Below are positions 10,860 to 20,042 of a DNA stretch of 64,000 nucleotides, piece after piece. The notes under the pieces are model-generated. The model was not told where the DNA came from, did not search any database, and worked only from the letters and a program-made list of their open reading frames with translations. Where the stretch lies: the NCBI GenBank assembly GCA_903936705.1, contig CAIZWN010000071.1, positions 51,050 to 115,049 of the forward strand. Direction: 5' to 3'. The position numbers and the translations under genes were made by a program. Numbering within the stretch: the first letter of the stretch is position 1; every line of letters begins with the position of its first letter. This DNA comes from an uncultured Myxococcales bacterium. Lineage in GTDB: Bacteria > Myxococcota_A > UBA9042 > DTJE01.

Positions 10860-12401
10860 TCATTCGGCCTTGAAGAAACCCTTGAACTCGGTAATAGCGT
10901 CAGCCAGCGACTTCCGCAGGTCCGGAGCAATGTCCTTCTTCTCGCGGATACCGGCCAGCACCTCGGGGTGCCGGGACGCCATGAACTCCAGCATCTCGGA
11001 CTCGAACCTGCAAATGGAATCGACAGGGATGTCCATCAGGAACCCCTCGTCGGCAGTCGCGGTGAAAATCACCAGAACCTGCTGTTCGACGGACAGAGGC
11101 CGGTACTGGGCCTGCTTCAACAATTCGATCAGGCGGGCGCCCTTGTCCAACTGGCGCCGGGTGACCTTGTCAAGGTCGGTCGCGAACTGCGCGAACGCGG
11201 CCATCTCGCGGTACTGGGCCAGGTCGATGCGCAGCGTGCCAGCGACCTTCTTCATGGCCTTGATCTGGGCCGAACCGCCGACGCGCGACACCGAGATGCC
11301 GACGTTGATGGCGGGGCGAACGCCCTTATAGAAGAGGTCTGCCTCGAGATAGATCTGTCCGTCAGTAATCGAAATGACGTTGGTCGGAATGTACGCGGAA
11401 ACGTCGCCAGCCTGCGTTTCGATGATCGGCAGGGCCGTAAGCGATCCGCCGCCCAGGGCAGCGCTCATCTTTGCGGCGCGTTCCAGCAAACGCGAGTGTA
11501 GGTAGAAGACGTCGCCTGGGTACGCCTCGCGGCCCGGCGGGCGGCGCAGCAGCAGGGACATCTGGCGGTAGGCAACCGCGTGCTTGGACAGGTCGTCATA
11601 GATGATCAGCGCGTGACCGCCGTTGTCGCGATGGTACTCGCCGATCGCGGCTCCGGTGAACGGCGCCAGGAACTGCATGGGGGCGGTCTCGGATGCACCC
11701 GCGAGGATTACGGTGGTGTATTCCATCGCGCCCTGCTGCCGCAGCTTGTCGACAACCTGAGCGACGGTCGATTGCTTCTGGCCGATTGCGACGTAGATGC
11801 ACCATACCGGCGCGGAAGTCTGGTGAGTGCCCTTCTGGTTGATGATCGTGTCGATCGCGACGGCGGTCTTGCCCGTCTGCCGATCGCCGATGATCAGTTC
11901 GCGCTGGCCACGGCCAATCGGTGTCATCGAATCGATGGCCTTGATGCCCGTCTGCAGCGGTTCTTTGACGGGTTGCCGCGCAACGATGCCGGGTGCCTTC
12001 AATTCGATGCGGCGGGTTTCCTTGGATTCGATGGGGCCAAGACCGTCGATCGGCTGGCCAAGTGCGTTCAGGACGCGCCCTGCAAGGGCCGGCCCGACGG
12101 CAACTTCGGCGATGCGGCCCGACCGCTGGCACTCGTCCCCCTCGCGAATCTTGTTGACCTCGCCCAGAAGGGCGACGCCCACGTTCGTTTCCTCGAGGTT
12201 AAGGACCAGGCCCTTAACCCCGTGGGGGAAATCCAGCAGCTCGCCGGCCATGGCGCCCGACAGGCCGTGGACGCGGGCGATGCCGTCGCCGACCGTGATG
12301 ACGGTCCCCTTTTCGCGGACCTCCACCTTGCGGCCGAACTCGCGGATCTCACGCTTGAGGATCTCGGTGACTTCTTCGACGCGCAGTTCCATGAATGACA
12401 C
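10860..12401 (-). CDS. atpA: F1 ATP synthase alpha subunit
   Basis: GDRQTGKTA Walker A, alpha-subunit sequence throughout. The start may be the internal ATG at 12392 (MELRVEEV...). Confidence 0.97.
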   Translation of the reverse strand: MSFMELRVEEVTEILKREIREFGRKVEVREKGTVITVGDGIARVHGLSGAMAGELLDFPHGVKGLVLNLEETNVGVALLGEVNKIREGDECQRSGRIAEVAVGPALAGRVLNALGQPIDGLGPIESKETRRIELKAPGIVARQPVKEPLQTGIKAIDSMTPIGRGQRELIIGDRQTGKTAVAIDTIINQKGTHQTSAPVWCIYVAIGQKQSTVAQVVDKLRQQGAMEYTTVILAGASETAPMQFLAPFTGAAIGEYHRDNGGHALIIYDDLSKHAVAYRQMSLLLRRPPGREAYPGDVFYLHSRLLERAAKMSAALGGGSLTALPIIETQAGDVSAYIPTNVISITDGQIYLEADLFYKGVRPAINVGISVSRVGGSAQIKAMKKVAGTLRIDLAQYREMAAFAQFATDLDKVTRRQLDKGARLIELLKQAQYRPLSVEQQVLVIFTATADEGFLMDIPVDSICRFESEMLEFMASRHPEVLAGIREKKDIAPDLRKSLADAITEFKGFFKAE

Positions 12402-12412
12402 CCCGCTTCCGG

Positions 12413-12961
12413 CTATCGGGACTCCAACAAACGCGAACGCAGCGATTCCAGATACGTTCGCGCGGACAGGTCGAACACTCGATCCCCGACGACGATCCGC
12501 ACGCCACCAAGCAGCGTCGGGTCGCGCTTCTCGGTAAGTACAAGCTGTTTCTTGATGCGGGCGCCGATGGCCTCTCGCAGCCTGACCAGCTGTGCGGGAG
12601 ACACTGGACCCGCCGACTCCAGCACGCCAATGGTGCGGCCGGCGCGGTCATCGCGCTCGCTGCGTATCGCGGCAACCAGAACCTCAACCCGACCCAGGCG
12701 GCGACGCGACGCCAGTAGTCCCAGGAAGGCACGGGCAGTTTCGGACAGGCCCATGGCCGTTGTGACGGCCGTCACAGCGCGGGCTGCTGCCTCGCATGGC
12801 ACCGTCGGGTCCGCCAGGATCTCCCTGAGTGCCGGCACCTTGGCCACCTGGGCCGCAAACGACTCGATCTCGGCGAAGGTACGGTCCACGGCGCCCTTTT
12901 CGTTGGCCACGTCCAGTAGTGCCGCTGCGTAACGTCGTGCGGCGATATCGGTCATGAACAC
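12413..12961 (-). CDS. atpH: F1 ATP synthase delta (OSCP) subunit
   Basis: [15 protein letters not shown]-terminus, correct size and position between the b and alpha subunits. Confidence 0.9.
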   Translation of the reverse strand: MFMTDIAARRYAAALLDVANEKGAVDRTFAEIESFAAQVAKVPALREILADPTVPCEAAARAVTAVTTAMGLSETARAFLGLLASRRRLGRVEVLVAAIRSERDDRAGRTIGVLESAGPVSPAQLVRLREAIGARIKKQLVLTEKRDPTLLGGVRIVVGDRVFDLSARTYLESLRSRLLESR

Positions 12962-12995
12962 CTCTCGAACGCCCGACCTGGGGCCGGGTCCATCG

Positions 12996-13559
12996 TCAGG
13001 ACGGCCTGACGCCTACCTCTCGAACAACGCGATCGACCACGCCATCGGAAAGGGATGCGCTGCCACGTCCAGACAGCCGGTCCTCGACCTGGGCAAAGGC
13101 CCGGGAAACAACAATGCCGGCCAGCTCGGCCCGGGCCACCTTTACGGCCTGGTCCAGGCGGAATTCCGAGTCGACCCTGATCTTTGCAGCCAAGGACTCG
13201 CCTTCCAGGGCAAGGGCGTCATGTTCGGCCTGGCCCTGACGGCGGAACTCGGCCAGAAGTGCGTCGATCTCGATCTTCAGGTTGGTCAGTCGCAGCTCGG
13301 CCTGCCGCATGCGTTCCTCGGCCTCGGCAAACCGGGCCGAAGCCTCGTCCAGTTCTGCCTTGACGGCGTCGTGGCGCGCTGCCAGTGCCTTGCGTGCCCG
13401 GGGGATCACCAGCCAGGCTACCGGAATCATGAGGACCAGGAAGTCCACAAGGTAGACATAGAAGTTCGTGCCTGGACCCGCATCGCCGCCCGAGGCCGCG
13501 GCAACCGCCGGCAAGGATGCCGCGAACATGCTGGCCAGGGCCATCGTGCCTCGGCTCAT
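12996..13559 (-). CDS. atpF: F0 ATP synthase subunit b
   Basis: N-terminal TM segment followed by a long Ala/Glu/Arg-rich coiled coil. Lies in the atp operon and overlaps the upstream gene by 4 nt. Confidence 0.8.
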   Translation of the reverse strand: MSRGTMALASMFAASLPAVAAASGGDAGPGTNFYVYLVDFLVLMIPVAWLVIPRARKALAARHDAVKAELDEASARFAEAEERMRQAELRLTNLKIEIDALLAEFRRQGQAEHDALALEGESLAAKIRVDSEFRLDQAVKVARAELAGIVVSRAFAQVEDRLSGRGSASLSDGVVDRVVREVGVRPS

Positions 13560-14026
13560 CGTGCCTCCACGGACTGCATCTGTTTCTCGATCAGCAGTGC
13601 CAGTTCGCCGGCCGTCGAATCGACCCCGGTCATGAAGCCGGCTTTTTCTGCCTCGAGTGCTGCAAGGGATACATCCAGGCTGGCCTGGACATGCTGGCGT
13701 TCTTTGGCCACAACGGAATCGCGCAGCGCGACTCCAGCTTCGGCCAGCTTGCGACGTTCCAGAACAGCGTCATGCCGAGCTTCAGACATGCGTCGTTCGG
13801 CATCGGCGTCCATGTCTTTCGCGCTGATCAACGCATCCTTGGCGCGCTGGCGCAAGCCGTGTCCAGCCTCGTCACGTCGGCGCAGGCGGCCAACGTACGT
13901 CTTGAAGAACACCTGTGACAGTAAAATATATAGGACAAGAAACAGCGCCATTTGGATGAAGTAGGTAGCATCCAGATCCACGAGAGCCGCGACCTGGGGG
14001 GACTGAATTCCGACGAAGGCAAGCAT
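13556..14026 (-). CDS. F0 ATP synthase subunit b' (second b-type stalk subunit)
   Basis: TM segment (FIQMALFLVLYILLSQVFF) plus a coiled-coil tail. First gene of the operon, with GGAGG before the ATG at 14026. Confidence 0.75.
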   Translation of the reverse strand: MLAFVGIQSPQVAALVDLDATYFIQMALFLVLYILLSQVFFKTYVGRLRRRDEAGHGLRQRAKDALISAKDMDADAERRMSEARHDAVLERRKLAEAGVALRDSVVAKERQHVQASLDVSLAALEAEKAGFMTGVDSTAGELALLIEKQMQSVEAR

Positions 14027-14060
14027 GCCAGAACACCTCCGGCCCCTTAAAGGGCGAATC

Positions 14061-14090
14061 CCAATACCATCGGCCTCAGAAACGTGTCAA
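14061..14090 (-). promoter_or_regulatory. sigma70-like promoter for the atp operon (TTGACA-18 nt-TATTGG on the minus strand)
   Basis: The reverse complement reads cTTGACAcgtttctgaggccgatggTATTGGg, about 35 nt upstream of the atpF' start. Pattern match only. Confidence 0.35.
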
Positions 14091-14115
14091 GCTGGTTTGC
14101 CAAGTTTCTTTCGCC

Positions 14116-15195
14116 TTATCCTGGTCCCATGTTCAAAACGCTCTGGCGGGCGGCCACAGTTCCTGCCAAACGTGCCAGGGCCAGGGCTGGGAGGCCATCC
14201 GGGTCCGCGATTACGATTGGAATTCCCAGATCCCCGTTCGTTGAAACCCGTGGGTCGAGCGGGATTTCACCAAGCAGGGCAAGACCGATGCCTTCAGCCA
14301 GCTCCCTGACCCGTCCTGCGCCGAACGGGTGGTGAATCGTCCCGCAACCAGGACACGAGAACGACGCCATGTTTTCCACCAGACCCATGACCGGCACCTT
14401 GGTGATCTCGAACATCTTCACGGCACGACGTACGTCGGCAAAGGCGATGTCCTGCGGCGTCGTCACTACGACGGCGGAGGATATTGGCACCAGGCTGGCC
14501 AGCGAGATCTGGACGTCGCCGGTTCCGGGGGGCAGATCGACCACCAGGTAATCGAGATCGCCCCAGTAGACGTCTTCCAGGAACTGGGTAATTGCCTTGT
14601 GAAGCATCGGTCCGCGCCAGACCACCGCGTCTCCCGCGCCAAGAAGCAGACCCATCGAGAAGAACTTCAGCCCGTGTGCTTCGAGTGGTGCCATCAACTC
14701 CTGGTCGCCAACCTGGATCGTTTCTACGCGACCATTCGCAAGACCCAGCATCATCGGCACGCTGGGACCGTGGAGGTCGGCGTCCAGCAGTCCTACCCGC
14801 GCTCCATTCTTGGCCAGGGCTACCGCCAGATTGACGGCGACAGTGGATTTGCCCACGCCTCCTTTTCCGGCGCCAACTGCAATGACGTTGCGCACGGTCG
14901 GCAGGCGCTCGCCCTTCTCCTTGGGTCGAGACGTCACCGAAGCACCCAGTTCTACCGTTACAGAAGCAACGCCCGGGACACTCTTGACGGCAGCCTCGAC
15001 GTCTCGGCGAATCACGTGCTTCAAGGGACACGCGGGCGTCGTCAGTTGGACCTCGACGCGTACCGCATCGCCGTCAACATCGACGCTTTTCACCATGCCA
15101 AGCTTGACGATGTCCTTTCCAAGCTCGGGATCCATGACCTGGGCCAGTGCCTGCATTACTTCTTCGCGGGTTGCCATCTTGGGCTGCTCCATCAA
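14116..15195 (-). CDS. apbC: Mrp/ApbC/NBP35-family Fe-S cluster carrier ATPase
   Basis: N-terminal DUF59-like segment (VMQALAQVMDPELGKDIVKLGMV), deviant Walker A GKGGVGKSTVAVNLA, CPGC near the C-terminus. Confidence 0.92.
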   Translation of the reverse strand: MMEQPKMATREEVMQALAQVMDPELGKDIVKLGMVKSVDVDGDAVRVEVQLTTPACPLKHVIRRDVEAAVKSVPGVASVTVELGASVTSRPKEKGERLPTVRNVIAVGAGKGGVGKSTVAVNLAVALAKNGARVGLLDADLHGPSVPMMLGLANGRVETIQVGDQELMAPLEAHGLKFFSMGLLLGAGDAVVWRGPMLHKAITQFLEDVYWGDLDYLVVDLPPGTGDVQISLASLVPISSAVVVTTPQDIAFADVRRAVKMFEITKVPVMGLVENMASFSCPGCGTIHHPFGAGRVRELAEGIGLALLGEIPLDPRVSTNGDLGIPIVIADPDGLPALALARLAGTVAARQSVLNMGPG

Positions 15196-15315
15196 AGGAC
15201 TCCGGGCAGGTCCCGGCCGCAGGTATCCTGGGGCCGTGAAGGCATCCCGTCAATCTGGATTGAGGTATCGGCCGTCGAATCGACTTCTGGAAGTGCGCGT
15301 GGCAGTATCCGCCGC

Positions 15316-16461
15316 GTGGATGTCTACCTCGACAATCTGGCTACCACGCCGCTGGACCCAAGAGTGCTGGCTGCCATGCTGCCGTGGTTGTCTGGCCGTC
15401 CCGGTAATCCTCATGCGCGGATTCATGCCTTTGGACGTGCGGCTGGCGAGGCTGTGGATGAAGCCCGCGATCGGCTGGCGGCCCTGACGGGGGCTCGCGC
15501 CGGGGAAATCGTCTTTGCGCCGTCTGCCACTGCCGCCAACAACCTAGCCATCCTTGGTGCGGCCGAGGCCCGGATGCGGAAGGGGGACCACGTACTTGTT
15601 TCTGCCATCGAACATCCGTCGGTGCTCGGACCGGCTGACGTCCTTTTGCGCCGTGGTTTCAATGTCGAATTCGTTCCGGTCGACAACGGTGGCGTCCTGG
15701 ACCTGGACGCGCTGAGGGCGCGCCTGAAGCCGACGACCATCCTGGTTTCAGTGATGTGCGTGAACAACGAGGTTGGCACCGTTCAGCCGCTGGAAGGGGT
15801 CCGGGACATCATTTCAGACCGGGGGCCTCTGCTGCACGTTGATGCCAGCCAGGCCCCGGGCAAGGTAGCCTTGAAGCCGGTCGCGCAGTTGGCTGACCTT
15901 CTCACTCTGTCCGGCCACAAGGCTTACGGGCCCAAGGGGGCGGCAGCTCTTGTGGTCAGGACGCGACGCCAGGTCCGCCTGCATCCTTTGCTGACGGGCG
16001 GGGGACAGGAGGACGGGCTGTGGCCTGGCACCGTCAATGTCCCCGCTGTGGTCGGCCTGGCCCAGGCCTTGGATCTGTGCGAGAACGAACTCTCGGATGA
16101 CGTGGAACGGATCGGGAGTCTGTCGGCGGCGTTGCTTGATGCAGCCGTCAATGCGTTTCCAGGGGCGACCCGTAATGGATCTGCTGATTCGATCGTGCCT
16201 CACTGCCTCAGCGTGACATTCGAGGGTGTGGCTGGCGAGACGCTGGTGGCGCATCTTGCCCGCGAGGGGATTGCGGCAGCGCTGGGAAGCGCATGCTCCA
16301 GCGAGGCCGCCTCGCCGTCGCATGTCCTGGCGGCGATGGGCCTTCAGCCGGCTCGTTCACGCAGGACATTGAGGTTCGGTTTGGGGCGCTTCACGACGCC
16401 AGTTGAAATCGACTTCACTGCAGCGGTATTGCAAAAGTTCGCGGCAAAGTTGCGCAGGTGA
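15316..16461 (+). CDS. cysteine desulfurase (NifS/IscS-like, class V aminotransferase)
   Basis: VDVYLDNLATTPLDPRVL..., SAIEHPSV, SGHKAYGPKG (PLP lysine), GSACSS. In-frame GTG at 15316. The upstream part of ORF 14329..16461 is antisense to apbC and was trimmed. Confidence 0.9.
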   Translation: MDVYLDNLATTPLDPRVLAAMLPWLSGRPGNPHARIHAFGRAAGEAVDEARDRLAALTGARAGEIVFAPSATAANNLAILGAAEARMRKGDHVLVSAIEHPSVLGPADVLLRRGFNVEFVPVDNGGVLDLDALRARLKPTTILVSVMCVNNEVGTVQPLEGVRDIISDRGPLLHVDASQAPGKVALKPVAQLADLLTLSGHKAYGPKGAAALVVRTRRQVRLHPLLTGGGQEDGLWPGTVNVPAVVGLAQALDLCENELSDDVERIGSLSAALLDAAVNAFPGATRNGSADSIVPHCLSVTFEGVAGETLVAHLAREGIAAALGSACSSEAASPSHVLAAMGLQPARSRRTLRFGLGRFTTPVEIDFTAAVLQKFAAKLRR

Positions 16462-16462
16462 A

Positions 16463-17194
16463 CTAGACGCCCAGAAACAGCCGTTTCGCGAACTTCTCGT
16501 CCAGACCGGCTGAAACAATCTTGGCGGCCGCCGACTCGATGTCGTACTCGACGCGCACGAATGTCAGCACCTGCTTGTCCGAATCCCAGATCGTGAAACA
16601 GGCTCTGGGATCTCGATCACGCGGCTGCCCCACGCTGCCGACATTGATGATGAAGCGTGAATCAGCCTTCGGCTTGATCTGCTTGGCTTCGACCGACTTC
16701 ACCTTCTTTTCGCCGATCTGGAATGCGACCGTAAGGTGGGCATGGCCGATGAACGACAGAGGTCGCAGCCGGTCCAGAACCTGGGCGTGAGTCTGGGCTT
16801 CGGAGGCCTGCACCACGTAGAAGTACCCAGATGGCAGGATCGGGGCCGAATGGAAGAAGGCCACATCGTCCTCGACGCGCGTGAAGGGCAGGGCGTAAAG
16901 CCATTTGTACGACGCGTCGGACAGGCGGTCTCGCGTCCACTGCAAGGCCCTGCGAGCGCCTTCGTAGTAGTAGGCCTCATCCATGGCGCCGGTCACGGCA
17001 GCGTCGTGGTTGCCCAAAAGACTCATCACCCTGCGATCCATCAGCATCCGGCAGCATTCGTCCGGGCTGGCGCCATAACCGACAACATCACCCAGGCAGA
17101 TCGTGCGGTCCACCTGCTCGCGGTCGATGCGCTGCATGACGGCTTCCAGTGCTTCCTGGTTTGCATGGACATCGGAGATAATGGCGGTTCTCAT
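16463..17194 (-). CDS. metallophosphoesterase (calcineurin-like/YfcE-type)
   Basis: MRTAIISDVHAN, GDVVGYG, GNHD, GHAH motifs. ATG at 17194. Confidence 0.85.
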   Translation of the reverse strand: MRTAIISDVHANQEALEAVMQRIDREQVDRTICLGDVVGYGASPDECCRMLMDRRVMSLLGNHDAAVTGAMDEAYYYEGARRALQWTRDRLSDASYKWLYALPFTRVEDDVAFFHSAPILPSGYFYVVQASEAQTHAQVLDRLRPLSFIGHAHLTVAFQIGEKKVKSVEAKQIKPKADSRFIINVGSVGQPRDRDPRACFTIWDSDKQVLTFVRVEYDIESAAAKIVSAGLDEKFAKRLFLGV

Positions 17195-17361
17195 GGCGAA
17201 CAATGCTAGCAGATCAGGGTGTCAAGCGCGAAATCTGTGTTCAAGAAGTGCCCCTGTCACCCTTGACATCCATGGCAGTCTCCGGTACGAAACAACCGGC
17301 TTTCCCTTGATCGGAAGCGCGTCAAGCGCCTTTGAAACGACCGGAACCCAGGGGGGTTTTC

Positions 17362-17883
17362 ATGGCCCTGGCCTTTTCGCCTGACACGGAACGGGCGTTC
17401 GACAGGATCGTTCGCAGGTATCCGAACCTTCGAGCCGCATTGATCCCTACTCTGTTCCTTGCGGACCGGGAGTTCGGATATTTGTCGCGCGAGGCGATGG
17501 AGTACGTTGCCAGGAGGCTGGAACTGCCTCCCTCCTGGGTGCTGAACACCGCGACGTTCTACACCATGCTGCGCAAGCGTCCCACTGGGCGGAACCACAT
17601 CCAGGTCTGCGTCAACGTTGCCTGTTATCTACGGGGCGCCGACCAGCTTGGTGATCACCTGAAGAAGCAGCTGGGAATCGGGTTCGGCGAGGTTACGGCC
17701 GACGGACTTTTCAGCCTGGAAGGCGTCCAGTGCCTTGCCGCGTGTGGCACGGCGCCGGCAATGCAGGTCAACGACGTGTACCACGAGGACATGACCATCC
17801 AGAAGGTCGATGCCCTGATCGAGTCCCTTCGGTTGGCGCCACAGACCAGCGGCGCGGCCACGGGGCAGGGAGGTGCACGGTGA
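17362..17883 (+). CDS. nuoE: NADH-quinone oxidoreductase subunit E
   Basis: Thioredoxin-like [2Fe-2S] motifs (VCVNVACYLRG...CLAACGTAPAMQVN). ATG at 17362. Confidence 0.93.
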   Translation: MALAFSPDTERAFDRIVRRYPNLRAALIPTLFLADREFGYLSREAMEYVARRLELPPSWVLNTATFYTMLRKRPTGRNHIQVCVNVACYLRGADQLGDHLKKQLGIGFGEVTADGLFSLEGVQCLAACGTAPAMQVNDVYHEDMTIQKVDALIESLRLAPQTSGAATGQGGAR

Positions 17884-19169
17884 TCGCGATCCCCGCCAAT
17901 CCCGGTCGCGGCCACCTACTGCGCTGCGGTCCCGGCGAGTCGATCCTGGACATTTCGAAGCACCAGGCCATCGGGGGCTTTCTGGCCCTGCGCAAGGCGC
18001 TGTCGATGCAGCCTGCAGCCCTGATAGACGAGGTGAAGAAGGCATCCATCCGCGGGCGTGGTGGTGCCGGATTTCCAGCAGGGACAAAGTGGAGCTTCCT
18101 GCCAAAGGACAACCTGAAGCCGCGCTACCTGGTGATCAACGCCGACGAGGGAGAACCGGGTACCTTCAAGGACCGGTATTTTCTGGCCCAGGACCCGTTT
18201 GCCTTGCTGGAGGGCATCGCGATCAGCGCGTTTGCAATAGGCGCGCACACTGCCTTCATCTATGTCCGAGGCGAGTTCGTCAGCGAGATGCGGGTTCTTG
18301 AGGAAGCGATTGAACAGATGAGGCGTGCGGGCGCGCTGGGCCGGTCCGTTCTGGGATCGACGTTCGCCCTGGAGATTTACGTCCATCCAGGCGCCGGCGC
18401 CTATGTCTGCGGCGAGGAATCTGCACTTCTGGAGTCCATTGAGGGCAAGCCCGGGCGTCCGCGCAACCGCCCGCCTTTTCCAGCCGTGGCGGGTTTGTGG
18501 GGCTGTCCAACCATCATCAACAACGTCGAGACGATGGCCTGCGTGCGTTTGGCTTTGCAGCACGGCGCCGAAGCCTTCCTGGCGATGGGGCTTCCCCGCG
18601 ACGGCGGGCCCAAGATTTATGGGTTGTCGGGACACGTGAAGCGCCCCGGATTGTTCGAGGCGCCCCTTGGGCTGACGCTGCGGACGTTGATCTACGATTT
18701 CGGCGGTGGCACGCTGGATGACCGGCCCATCAAGGGCATCATTCCTGGCGGTTCGTCGACGCCCGTTCTGGGGCCAGAGGCCCTGGACACCCCGATGGAT
18801 TTCGACAGCATGAAGGCTGCCGGCAGCATGCTGGGTACGGCCGCCACGACGGTCTTCACCGAGGGCACCTGCCCTGTGGCCGTCCTGGTGCGCATCGCGC
18901 GGTTCTACGCTCACGAGTCTTGCGGGCAGTGCACGCCCTGTCGCGAGGGTACCGGTTGGCTCGAGCGACTGGTTGAATCCATCGAACATGGTACTGGCCG
19001 TCCTGGCGATGCCGACCTGTTGCTGTCGGCGGCGAACCAGATCCTGGGAAACACGATCTGTGCGCTCGGGGACGCGGCGGCGCTTCCCGTGATCTCGTTC
19101 GTGAACAGGTTCAGGGACGATTTCGAGGCGCATATCACCGGGCAGCGCTGTCCCTACGGGGCGGCGTGA
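17880..19169 (+). CDS. nuoF: NADH-quinone oxidoreductase subunit F
   Basis: GRGGAGFPAGTKW, NADEGEPGTFKDR, ESCGQCTPCREG. GTG at 17880 overlaps the nuoE stop (GTGA). Confidence 0.93.
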   Translation: MIAIPANPGRGHLLRCGPGESILDISKHQAIGGFLALRKALSMQPAALIDEVKKASIRGRGGAGFPAGTKWSFLPKDNLKPRYLVINADEGEPGTFKDRYFLAQDPFALLEGIAISAFAIGAHTAFIYVRGEFVSEMRVLEEAIEQMRRAGALGRSVLGSTFALEIYVHPGAGAYVCGEESALLESIEGKPGRPRNRPPFPAVAGLWGCPTIINNVETMACVRLALQHGAEAFLAMGLPRDGGPKIYGLSGHVKRPGLFEAPLGLTLRTLIYDFGGGTLDDRPIKGIIPGGSSTPVLGPEALDTPMDFDSMKAAGSMLGTAATTVFTEGTCPVAVLVRIARFYAHESCGQCTPCREGTGWLERLVESIEHGTGRPGDADLLLSAANQILGNTICALGDAAALPVISFVNRFRDDFEAHITGQRCPYGAA

Positions 19170-19197
19170 TGTCTGGCGGGCTTCCCGTGGAGGTCCC

Positions 19198-19734
19198 ATG
19201 ACCGCGGAATTCGTGGTGTTCTGGATCCTGGCAGTGGCCTCGGTTGCGGGTGCGCTGGCGGTGGTACTGCCGCCGTTCGGGCGAAATCCCCTGCATGCCG
19301 CGATTGCACTGCTGATCACGTTCACGTGTCTGGCCGGCCTCATGGTGCTGCTGTCAGCCCACCTGGTCGCGGTCCTGCAGATCCTGGTTTACGCCGGGGC
19401 AGTGATGGTGCTGTTCACGTTCGTTGTCATGATGCTGAACCTGCGCCGGCAGGACCTGGCGGGATTTCGCATCACAGCCTGGAAGGTCGTGGGCGTAATC
19501 GCGCTTGTTGCGCTGTCGGTAAAGATTGGAATCCTTCTGGTTGCAGGTCTCTCGGGATTTGACAACGTGTCGGCCTCGGCCCCAATAACCAATGACTTCG
19601 GCGGTATTCGCACCGTTGGACGCAGCCTGCTGACGACGTATCTGGTGCCTTTCGAGGCGACGTCGCTGCTGCTGCTGGTGGCCATCGTGGGCGCGCTGAT
19701 CGTGGCCCGTCGCCGTGACGGAGGTGCCTCATGA
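19198..19734 (+). CDS. nuoJ: NADH-quinone oxidoreductase subunit J
   Basis: Polytopic protein with the LQILVYAGAVMVLFTFVVMML motif. GGAGG RBS. Precedes nuoK. Confidence 0.9.
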   Translation: MTAEFVVFWILAVASVAGALAVVLPPFGRNPLHAAIALLITFTCLAGLMVLLSAHLVAVLQILVYAGAVMVLFTFVVMMLNLRRQDLAGFRITAWKVVGVIALVALSVKIGILLVAGLSGFDNVSASAPITNDFGGIRTVGRSLLTTYLVPFEATSLLLLVAIVGALIVARRRDGGAS

Positions 19735-20039
19735 TGGACGTGCCAGTTTCCTGGTACTTGATCCTGGCCGTGACGCTGTTCGGGATCGGGACCGTGGGCG
19801 TGCTGACCCGGCGCAACCTGCTGGTAGTTCTGATGTCCCTGGAGATCATGCTGAACGGCGTGAATCTGGCCATCCTGGCGTTTGCCCGGCACCACGGCGA
19901 CGCCCAGGGGCAGGCTGCCGTGTTCATCGTGATGGCCGTGGCAGCCGCCGAAGTGGCGGTGGGCCTGGCTTTGGCCATCGCGCTGTTCAGGCACGAGGGT
20001 TCCGTTGACCTGGACCGCGCCACGCGGATGAAGGGGTAG
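19731..20039 (+). CDS. nuoK: NADH-quinone oxidoreductase subunit K
   Basis: 102 aa with 3 TM segments, LMSLEIMLNGVNL motif. ATGA overlap with nuoJ. Confidence 0.93.
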   Translation: MMDVPVSWYLILAVTLFGIGTVGVLTRRNLLVVLMSLEIMLNGVNLAILAFARHHGDAQGQAAVFIVMAVAAAEVAVGLALAIALFRHEGSVDLDRATRMKG

Positions 20040-20042
20040 GCG

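Noticed and set aside
14329-15315. The N-terminal 329 codons of ORF 14329..16461
   Set aside because: This part is antisense to apbC and has no similarity to desulfurases. The conserved VDVYLDNLATTP N-terminus begins at an in-frame GTG at 15316.
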